A stretch of DNA of 64,000 bases from Saccostrea cucullata. Lineage: Eukaryota. Positions 42,251 through 51,021 of the stretch are shown here, one piece after another. Numbering within the stretch: position 1 is the stretch's first letter; each line of letters starts with the position of its first letter. Position numbers and translations under genes: made by a program. The DNA lies in assembly GCF_032062105.1 (NCBI RefSeq), contig NW_026920084.1, positions 62,001 through 126,000 on the forward strand, read 5' to 3'. The notes beneath the pieces are model-generated. The model was not told where the DNA came from. It was given only the letters and a program-made list of their open reading frames with translations, and did not search any database.

Positions 42251-45200
42251 ATGGACGACGATCAACGAAGAGCATTTGAATTGGCAACTTCTGGACATAA
42301 CTTGATAATTACTGGACAAGCCGGGACAGGAAAAACTTTTCTTGTCAAACAAATTGTAAGGTATTTAAGACAACTGAAGAAAAATGTTGCTATTGTATGT
42401 TCTACCGGTATCGCCGCGACTCATTATGGTGAATTAAGGGCACAGACATTGCATAAATGGGCCGGGATAGAGGATGGCAGACACTTGAACGAAGAAATAA
42501 TACACTTAGTAAAGACTGATGAAAGGTTCAATGTTGCTAAGAAAAATATTGAAAATGCCGAAATACTAATTATTGATGAAATTTCCATGATTAGCGCAAA
42601 AATCCTACATCAAGTTCAGTTACTTTGTAAAAATGTCAGAAATTCAAAACTCATCTTTGGCAATATCCAGGTGATACTTGTGGGAGACTTTTATCAACTC
42701 CCACCTATTTCAAACGAACTTTTTGGAGATCTTGGAAATCATTGCTATAGATTACCTTGGTTTGAAAATTATTTCCCACACAAAATTAACTTAAATATTA
42801 TCCACAGACAGGAAGATCAGCTCTTGATTCAATGTATTAATGAACTTGAAATTGGAAATCTCTCAGAAGATTGTGTTGCATTTCTTCTTTCTCTTGATAG
42901 ACCAATACAAAATGAGAAATCATGTGTACACTTATTTGCTAGAAATTTAGATGTAGACTTGTATAATTACAACAAATTGCAAGCACTTCAAGGGGAGTTA
43001 AAGGTGTACAAAGCTGAGGATGAGGGCTCTCAACACTATCTCAACAAATTTCTGGCCCCTAAGAATCTAGGATTAAAACTTGGTTGTCCTGTTATGCTGA
43101 TTAAAAATTTAAGTGACACATTAGTGAATGGACTTTGTGGAACTGTGACAAATTTATGTAATGATTCTGTAGATGTGAAATTTATGGAAAATCATAGTAC
43201 ACCAATTACAGTGTCCATTTCAAGAGAAATTTTCACAATATTTGACCCTGTGGATAAAATTGTTTTGGCGAAAAGAGTACAAATGCCCTTAAAAGTAGGA
43301 TTTGCTATGACAATACACAAATCCCAGGGAATGACCTTGAAAAATTTAGTTATTGATTGCACAAATTGTATCCAGCCTGGGCAACTTGGAGTTGCCATAG
43401 GCAGAGCAGTATCTGTTCAGGGTTTGAAAGTAATAAACTTCCATAAAAATCTATGCAAAAAACATCCAGGTCATGTATACAATTTTTACGACAGTTTTTC
43501 AATTGGCATTGTGAAATGTGATCTAAGTTGTTGCAGGGATAATGTTGACATTAGTACTCTGACAGCAGATACTGGTCATAAATCTGAAGACACTGATGAT
43601 GCTATCGAGTCAAAAGTTTTGAATGAGGATTCAGAATTTTCTGATTCAGAGATTGAAGAATTAGAATTCATAGACAATATTCTTAGTGATCCTGGTCAAA
43701 ATGCACTTCCTGATCAGTTTTCACAATCAAAACTCATTTTGGACTCTGCAGTGCAGAAATATTCTGACACACCAGTAGAAACAATTATTTTCAGTTTCAG
43801 GGATGCAATCTGCAAAAGTTATAAATATTTTGATGACTGGTTTCATGAGCAATTTTCAATAATGGAAGACATAGGACTGAATACTTTTCCTGAAGGGGAA
43901 ATGTCTTTTTCTCAGAAGCATAGAAATGATTATTTTATTAGATTCAACAAGTATCTTAACTCAGATGATTATGAAAAAAGTGCAAAAACCTTGCTTAATT
44001 ATTATGAGCAAAATTCTGAAGGGCCAGCATTTCAGCTTTTAACTGCAGTTATGTTTCAGATAGAGAAAGAATTTTTTCTTCAGCTTTCTTCCTATCTTCA
44101 GTTATCTGCCCCTGAGCCTGTAAAAAAGCTAACTGTTCAGTCTGACCTGGAAATGGACTCTGCAGGAAAAGGGAAATTAAGGTACATAAGTGGATACATA
44201 TTAGCCAAATTGAAACATACTTTGTCAAAAAAAATCAGAAATATATTATTCACCAAAGGTAAAGAAACAGAGTTGTCAAGATTTCAATCACAAATGGAAA
44301 TTCTCAATTCATTGTGTACTTCATTTGATCATTTAAATGCTACAGCAGTAGAGCCGGAGACCCTACTTGAAGTTAAACACAGACAAAATGACAGAGAGAG
44401 TCTCACTAATGTGTCTGATTTGACCTTTAGTTTTTTCCAAAAACTTGAATTACTATGCCGTGAAAAACTTACTCATGATAAGCTAGTTGATGATAGAAAA
44501 TATTTATTCAGTTCTATTAAGGGAGAAATACTCGATAGTTCTTATATTTTTGACACATGGATTCAGTGTGTTGCGAAGTCGAGAAATCAATTGAATGAAA
44601 ATCAAACTGAAGATATTTCTGATCTTTTGTCTTCAATGGTCATGACCTGTGATAGTTACACAGAGATTTTCCAAGCAGTTGTCTCTTTATTCCTCAAAGT
44701 AAATTTAAGTCAGTTTCGAAGAGATTTCTTAACATTTTTGAAAAAAGAGAAGAGTGTCGCACTGCGTAAAAAGGTCATGAAAAGGTCAAAAACAGTTGTG
44801 AAAACTTTCAACATGAAATTTTTCTCAGAAGATGACTCTAGCAATAAAGAAGTTTCATTATTAAGGTTAAAATCTGAACTTTTACAAAATGAAAAATTCT
44901 TTACTGAACATTCATTTACCAAAAAGGATTTGATCTCAATATGTCAGCATTTTAATTTGAAAGCTACTATGAAGCAAAAGAAGGATGATATCATAAAAGT
45001 GCTTGTCGATGGAATTCTAGAAAATGTTCATGCATCCAATCAATCTGTACTTGACACTGAACAGGCAGGACCTAGTAACTCTCAACCTTCGTATGCTGAT
45101 CTGACTCCCGCTGGCTCTGTATCATCTGGACCTGGCCTTTCACCACAACCTAGAGAAAGAGGTAAGAGAACATCAAGCAAAGGAAAAGGTAAAGGGAAGG

Positions 45201-45295
45201 GCAAAGGAAAGAAAAGAAAAACATCTGCTGACAGAGATTTGAACATGACAGAGGAAGATCTTACTAGGTATGTCATCTGGTCTGAAATTTATTAA
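42251..45295 (+). CDS. Transposon-encoded PIF1-family (SF1B) DNA helicase, ~1014 aa, with a long C-terminal extension
   Basis: GQAGTGKT, STGIAA, TLHKWAGI, IIDEISM, FGNIQVILVGDFYQLPP, HRQ, PVMLIKNL..LVNG, QMPLKVGFAMTIHKSQGMTL, GQLGVAIGRA. The C-terminus has YISGYILAK, a SAP-like motif and a KGKGK NLS-like tract. First ATG at 42251. Confidence 0.92.
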   Translation: MDDDQRRAFELATSGHNLIITGQAGTGKTFLVKQIVRYLRQLKKNVAIVCSTGIAATHYGELRAQTLHKWAGIEDGRHLNEEIIHLVKTDERFNVAKKNIENAEILIIDEISMISAKILHQVQLLCKNVRNSKLIFGNIQVILVGDFYQLPPISNELFGDLGNHCYRLPWFENYFPHKINLNIIHRQEDQLLIQCINELEIGNLSEDCVAFLLSLDRPIQNEKSCVHLFARNLDVDLYNYNKLQALQGELKVYKAEDEGSQHYLNKFLAPKNLGLKLGCPVMLIKNLSDTLVNGLCGTVTNLCNDSVDVKFMENHSTPITVSISREIFTIFDPVDKIVLAKRVQMPLKVGFAMTIHKSQGMTLKNLVIDCTNCIQPGQLGVAIGRAVSVQGLKVINFHKNLCKKHPGHVYNFYDSFSIGIVKCDLSCCRDNVDISTLTADTGHKSEDTDDAIESKVLNEDSEFSDSEIEELEFIDNILSDPGQNALPDQFSQSKLILDSAVQKYSDTPVETIIFSFRDAICKSYKYFDDWFHEQFSIMEDIGLNTFPEGEMSFSQKHRNDYFIRFNKYLNSDDYEKSAKTLLNYYEQNSEGPAFQLLTAVMFQIEKEFFLQLSSYLQLSAPEPVKKLTVQSDLEMDSAGKGKLRYISGYILAKLKHTLSKKIRNILFTKGKETELSRFQSQMEILNSLCTSFDHLNATAVEPETLLEVKHRQNDRESLTNVSDLTFSFFQKLELLCREKLTHDKLVDDRKYLFSSIKGEILDSSYIFDTWIQCVAKSRNQLNENQTEDISDLLSSMVMTCDSYTEIFQAVVSLFLKVNLSQFRRDFLTFLKKEKSVALRKKVMKRSKTVVKTFNMKFFSEDDSSNKEVSLLRLKSELLQNEKFFTEHSFTKKDLISICQHFNLKATMKQKKDDIIKVLVDGILENVHASNQSVLDTEQAGPSNSQPSYADLTPAGSVSSGPGLSPQPRERGKRTSSKGKGKGKGKGKKRKTSADRDLNMTEEDLTRYVIWSEIY

Positions 45296-45878
45296 CTCCA
45301 AATTTAGGTGCAGAAAATATTTAAATGTTTCTAATGTTAATTTTAATGTTAATTCAGTGGATTTTCCATATGAAAATTCTGTTTTTTGTAATGTCATAAT
45401 TTTACAGAGAAAAACCATTGGAAAAAATATTTAACATTTTCTCAAGAATAGTAAATGCATGATTAGTATTTGTTGTGGAAGCATCTCTCTGGTAGTTTAT
45501 ATTCAAGTTTTCTCAAAATAGGGTGGGACCAACAGAAGTGTCAGATCAAAGTTGCACATAGGAGCTGGAGAGAAATCCTGATTAAGAATTAATAGCAAGA
45601 CCAGTGAGTCAGGTGAGGATTGTAGCCCATGGACCTCATGTTATAATTCATGTGAGAAATACTAGTACTGTATACACAAAAGAGGCCAAGTCTTCTGTGA
45701 CAGTATTACATTGATAGGTTGGCCATTATCTATATCAAAAATTAAAAAATATCTGCAAATTCATTACTTAGATAAGTTTCTATTTACACTGTATATGTTT
45801 CTATGATGTACCTAAAATTTGTCTATAAATACTTTTTATGATTGATTGTGAAATACATGTATAATAATGTACTTTATA

Positions 45879-48350
45879 TTATTTCAGAAACCTTTTAGTA
45901 TGCCATATCTTTCCTTCTGAGCTTCTTTTTGGATGTTGTTCTGGCAATTCAGCACCTCCCGAGGCTCCCCCAGTGTTTGATTTCCTCGATACAGAGGCGT
46001 GTCCTAGAATAACAGAATTCATTGTGTTGCAGTATCCTAGGTAGGTAGGATTGGTATTAGCCCCATTATGTAGTGTCCTCTGTTGACAAAAAACATTTTC
46101 TATAACATCACTGTTTGTTCTTGATGGAATAATGGAGGCATTTGATTTTTTCAGTTTGTAAAGACAGAGCTCCTCAAAACCAAGCACAGATGATATAATG
46201 TCTTGTCTAGTCTGGTGTGAAATTAAATGCTTTTCTTTATTTTTTATTGTTTTGTTGTTTTTTATGCTATTCTCCCACTGTACGAACCAATCCATTGCAT
46301 CATGATTTTCTTTCAAACGATCATCACTTACATCAGTGACAGGTCTAGTATCTCTGAAGTTTTTAATGAGGACACTAGTACATTTTAGGAGTTTAACTGT
46401 CACATCCAGTTGTGACCCTTCTGAACCAAGACTATCTTGATAAAGTTCCATGAGATGTAGCATATTCCCATCTAGTACATCCTCAGCTAAGTGATTCCTC
46501 ATTTTGGCCTCAGGTGTCATAAACAAGTGTTCTTGGGATAATTTATGGTGTACTGGAAATGCATGAGATGATATGTCCCATATATAAGCTTTCCTAAAAT
46601 GATTCCACTCAATGTACTTATCACCGAGCATTAAATGTCTCTTGCAGCTAGCATCAGTACCACTTTTCAATATGTTATTGCGAATTTTTTTTATCACATG
46701 GGAGATGTCCATTATGAAAAAAATTTGGGGGTTATCTAGACAATATATGTTTTTGAATGAGCAGGTTACTGGGTTCATTGTGCTAAATTCTGGTAGTAAA
46801 AGATTGAATAAGTCTCTGTTGGACTGAGCCCCATCGGTACTTATATACTGTATTTTAAAACCAAAACTTGATAACATATTCACGGATTCCCAAAGCAACA
46901 AGTAAAGTTCATGTCCTGAGGCTGTAGTTGAGGGAAAATGGGCAAATGGGAATCTGAACCCTGTAAACCCCAAAAACAGGAGTTGGAGGGCATGTGTTGC
47001 TAAAGGTAACTGTCTTTTACTTGACGAGATCTGGTTAAAAACAATGGACTCAGGAGTGCATTCTGAGAATCCAATTAATTGAATTTCACCATCTTTTTTC
47101 TTGAATTGTAGATCTGATTGAACAGACATTTCGTCAAATATTAGGCCGCCCTCTAACCCCTCTGGTGGAATTTTCTTCAGCTGGGCTTCATTCCTCATCC
47201 AATGAAGCACTTCTTTAGAGAATCCTGCCTCTTGATGAACTTCATTTTTAACTCTTTGTAGGAGTTTTTGAGAGGGAAGAACCAAAAACTTGCTATTTCT
47301 TAAATCTGTGTAACCACGAGGGCTTCTACACCACAAATTTAAACATAACCGAACTACATCCCTATTCCACCTTCTCCCATTGGGATGTCTATCAAGTGCT
47401 ATTTTTTGTGACTTTAAAAATGTTTTCATTTTGTTAGTACAATCAGGAAAAATTTTGCTCAACAGTTCAGACATGTCTTTATTGTCTGCTTCACACAATG
47501 TAACTGTATTATGCAAATCATCACTTTCCACACAGAGTTCACTTGGATTGCGTCTGCAATTATTTGTATTTTTGAAGAATGATTTTTTTTCAACGTTTGA
47601 TTCAGACTGTTCTTCATTTTTATCAGATTGATATTTAGTTGATCTCTGGAGTTTTTTACAAAAGGTACAGATAAATGACATATTTGTTGCAGCTTGAATT
47701 GGTAAAACATTTATACAGTTTTTTGAGCGGAAGCAAATACTGCTGAAATTTTCATCACCAACTTTGGACAAGTGCTCTTCAAAAAAGGTAGTTTTCTTTT
47801 TATTTTCCCCAATTTTCTCAGCCCCTTTGCAAAAAGAAAGGTGTCTTATAATTTGGAATATTGTGCTGAAACTGTAATGTTCATTTTGTTCATTGATGCC
47901 AAGACTTGCTGGTTTAATAGTTCTTCCACGAATATTCATATGCCAAATTTTATCACTTTTCAGAGAAATTTCAATCATTACTTTGTTATTGTTTATTATG
48001 TCACCAGTAAAATGACCTAATTTAATACAGTCTGCAGTCTTTGAAAGCAAAAAAAAATCTTCTGGGATAATTGAACTTATTTCACTGAAAGGAACATCAG
48101 ACAGTGGGGATTTTCTCCACGAGATTCCCAAATATCTCTTTGTCAATTTTGACCAGTCATCTTTTGAGCGAACTTGTATTATTGTGACATTTTCAAATAA
48201 CCTCTTTATTATATTTCCTACTGCAAGACCAGTCACTGTAGCCTTGAATTTTGTTATAATGTCCTGTAAATCAACGTATTCAGTGCCTGTGGAAGCTTCA
48301 AAATTTTCTAGTAACCAGATGTATAAAGAAGAAATATTTTTTTCACTCAT
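45879..48350 (-). CDS. P-element/THAP9-like DDE transposase, 823 aa
   Basis: RW...CLNLWCRSPRGYTDLR..LVLPS, LIFDEMSV (D), STDGAQSNR (D), MDISHVIKKIRN (D-x2-H), KMRNHLA (GTP-binding insert), SDVIENVFCQQR (E), NPT. Confidence 0.9.
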   Translation of the reverse strand: MSEKNISSLYIWLLENFEASTGTEYVDLQDIITKFKATVTGLAVGNIIKRLFENVTIIQVRSKDDWSKLTKRYLGISWRKSPLSDVPFSEISSIIPEDFFLLSKTADCIKLGHFTGDIINNNKVMIEISLKSDKIWHMNIRGRTIKPASLGINEQNEHYSFSTIFQIIRHLSFCKGAEKIGENKKKTTFFEEHLSKVGDENFSSICFRSKNCINVLPIQAATNMSFICTFCKKLQRSTKYQSDKNEEQSESNVEKKSFFKNTNNCRRNPSELCVESDDLHNTVTLCEADNKDMSELLSKIFPDCTNKMKTFLKSQKIALDRHPNGRRWNRDVVRLCLNLWCRSPRGYTDLRNSKFLVLPSQKLLQRVKNEVHQEAGFSKEVLHWMRNEAQLKKIPPEGLEGGLIFDEMSVQSDLQFKKKDGEIQLIGFSECTPESIVFNQISSSKRQLPLATHALQLLFLGFTGFRFPFAHFPSTTASGHELYLLLWESVNMLSSFGFKIQYISTDGAQSNRDLFNLLLPEFSTMNPVTCSFKNIYCLDNPQIFFIMDISHVIKKIRNNILKSGTDASCKRHLMLGDKYIEWNHFRKAYIWDISSHAFPVHHKLSQEHLFMTPEAKMRNHLAEDVLDGNMLHLMELYQDSLGSEGSQLDVTVKLLKCTSVLIKNFRDTRPVTDVSDDRLKENHDAMDWFVQWENSIKNNKTIKNKEKHLISHQTRQDIISSVLGFEELCLYKLKKSNASIIPSRTNSDVIENVFCQQRTLHNGANTNPTYLGYCNTMNSVILGHASVSRKSNTGGASGGAELPEQHPKRSSEGKIWHTKRFLK

Positions 48351-48415
48351 TTTGAATACCTTTGCTTAATTTCATCTCTTTCCTTATTTTTTGCGCTTTA
48401 AAACAACCGCCGAAA

Positions 48416-48960
48416 TATTTCCCGTACTTTTTTTCGCAAATTTCGGCTCTTTCCGTTGGTTCTATTACATTCGGAACTCTCCGAGTACAGAAGTGGAGTT
48501 ATCGTTCCTGTAGTAAATTACTACGAGGTGTCGTTTTTTCGTCACTTCCGTAATTTCTGCTTTGACATTTCTGGATTTTTGGCGTTTGACGGTTAATAAA
48601 GGGATAACAGAATAATGTTTGGTTGATAAAATGGCACGATTTACGACAAAAACCTCTACCGAATTAAGGCATGACTAGACATTTTGGTGACATGTAATAG
48701 GTATATGATATTTTAGGCCCGATATTCAAGAGGGGTCCGAATTAACAACCCGAAGTGACTTACCTTCTCTATTTTATAATACCCTGGTATGACTTTTTTC
48801 GTAAATCGTTAAATCTATGTTATTTTTTGGGTTTTTCATATGGAATACATTGTAAATAAGTACTAGAAACATAATTCTTGAGAAAAAAAGAAAAAAAAAT
48901 ATTTTGACCAGGGGTGTATATTGGGAGGGGGGGGGGGGGTCCTGTCCACAAGTACCTGTG
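48416..48960 (-). repeat. Right terminal inverted repeat (545 bp)
   Basis: Reverse complement of 41704-42247. Confidence 0.95.
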
Positions 48961-50561
48961 ACACACTTTAAATGCTTTACATCAAAGTCCAAATTCTACT
49001 TGCAGAGTTACGTAGCATCAGCGTTAATATGCAGTCTTTCATCATAAATATTTGATCTAGATATGCAAACAATTACATAATCCACGTAAATTGGATGGTC
49101 ACTTGAAGTGGGTTTTACGAGATGGAGTGATTGTTGAGAACTCTTCATATATTCCTTTCAAAAGACATCTCTCTTTGAATATTCTAACATTTCAAGTAAA
49201 TATTGTCAATATTTCATAAGTTGCTGGATTAATATTTGAAAAGATTTCTATAAGCCCTCTCATAACACTCTCAGCAGGTTGCCCCTTAATGATAAAAGTA
49301 AATTACCTCAGATCGAAATGAGAACCCTACGCTACCAATACATTTGTTGACATAAATGGCTTTCTCTTGTCAATAAGGATCCATTATTCTAATAGAAAAA
49401 AATTACTACGTTAGACTTTTTTCCCCCCAAGATTCATCATATATATAATTTTGGGATCGGTGTTAGGTCAGCTTTAATATAATTTTTCTTTGCCCTCCTC
49501 CGACTCAGGATTAATGTTTGGGGTCGGTAGTTTTTCCTTAGAAAACATCATTGTTGAAATTTTAAATGCATAAATATAGTTTCCAAAATGTTCATAAAAT
49601 TTTGACTCGAGCCATTTTAACCAGCCGGTTGGAGATAGCAACAGTAGCAAAACATTTCTTTAAAGGTGGTCTTACTAATGAAATTATGGTAACATCATAT
49701 TACGGTTTATCTACATATTTTGGAAGCAGAAATCCAAGCAGTTTGTATGACGTCCCTTAGAGAAAATTTTCAATCAAACTGAGAAGCCGGTTCAGGACTG
49801 CAAATCTAGACCTGCACTCGGTACTTCCGATGAGGGGTCATTTTCAATCGCTCCCACCATAGGCACTTAGGAGCTGGAAACCCCACCTCCTACTTTTCAT
49901 ACCCCGCTTGGAAAGGAGGAGGGTATAAAGTGATCTGGATGCCTATTATAGGGATCACTATTATAGTGACCCTCCCAAAAACATTATGACTTTATTATAC
50001 CATTATACCTTCGATTTACGTCGCTGCTTTTCTGTCGCTCATTTCGGGTATTATTGTATTTTATGCTTTTTTGTCGTGTTAGAAATGGTATCCGCTATTA
50101 TACCATACATGTATAATCTATTATAATAATCCTATTTCTAGGCAAGCGTATGTTCTTTGAAAGATATTTTCATGAACGATCTCCAACATTGACGTCGGAA
50201 TGAGAATTAAAAGCTGGTTTCGCACCGTTGAAAGGTTAATAAAAAAAAAAGTATACCAAGAATAGTTGTGAAATACATCCAATTTTATAGGATATCATTC
50301 TGGAAGCGGGAGAAAGCTAAAAATACAAGAAAAAATATCAAAATTGAGCGACAAAAAGAGCCGCGGTGTAAATCGAAGGTTTTTACAAGGTTTTGGATCT
50401 GTAGCTCTCTGCTTTATTTGTCCGAGTTTTCTCAAGCTACAGTTTTGCAGCTATAGTCCCCTTTCTCATCCTTGTCGCAAAGTAACTTAGTATACGAAGC
50501 ATAACAGGGACAGCCTGGGGAACCAAAGAAATAGGCTATCACGCTCCAATCGCATCATCTC

Positions 50562-50798
50562 CAAAGGCGGATCTATGGTCGGCGCGCCGGGCGTGCCCCC
50601 CCCCCTCCCCCGTTTGAATTTTTTTTGTATAAAAATTCATATGTCCATTATCCTAAAATCAAGGAAAAAATATTTTATTTCTAAGAATTTTACAGTTGAC
50701 CCCCACCTGGGCCTTGCCCTAGACCCACTTGGGGCTTCAGTGCAGCCCCCTCCCTGAATCCTTTATCCCCCGCTACGAAATTCCTGGATCCGCCACTG
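50562..50798. mobile_element. MITE (CA..GGCGGATC / GATCCGCCACTG termini)
   Basis: Short TIRs with a C-tract-rich interior. Confidence 0.6.
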
Positions 50799-50859
50799 AT
50801 GTCGGGCCTTTCCGTCAGATGTCGTTTTCCCGACCACTGACGGAAAGGCCCGAGATGAT

Positions 50860-50930
50860 GCGATTGGTCCGCTTCCCCAGTGGTGACGTCATGACGTTGC
50901 CAAGGATGCGGAATGTGCTGACGTATTAGT
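50860..50930 (+). promoter_or_regulatory. Probable promoter of the downstream gene: inverted CCAAT, full CRE TGACGTCA plus TGACG half sites
   Basis: attgg at ~50863, gtgacgtcatgacgt at 50883-50897 and tgacgt at ~50919, in a CpG-rich patch ~100-160 bp upstream of ATG 51022. Confidence 0.55.
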
Positions 50931-51021
50931 CCTCTGTTTTCGCAACCAGTTCATAGTTACGTCTTCATCTGTAGAGAGCGGGCGTGTTTTTAGTCAAGCA
51001 AGGAAAAAGTCTGATTTAACA

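Larger units (their letters stand above)
41704..48960. mobile_element. Intact 7,257-bp cut-and-paste DNA transposon, P-superfamily-type transposase plus PIF1 helicase; TIRs 41704-42247 and 48416-48960; 9-bp TSD ACACACTTT
   Basis: CACAGG...CCTGTG termini. By eye the TIRs differ only by one substitution and one C in a homopolymer. ACACACTTT lies at 41695-41703 and 48961-48969, and there are two long uninterrupted ORFs. Confidence 0.95.

Noticed and set aside
42251-45295. PIF1 ORF as a Helitron RepHel or as the host PIF1 gene
   Set aside because: There is no HUH/Y2 Rep domain, the ORF is intronless, and it lies inside long TIRs with a TSD next to a DDE transposase.
41704-48960. Mutator (MULE) classification based on long TIRs and a 9-bp TSD
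   Set aside because: The transposase motifs (FDEM, DG..SN, D..H..K..RN, KM, D.IEN.F...R) and the CA..TG termini are P/THAP9-type.
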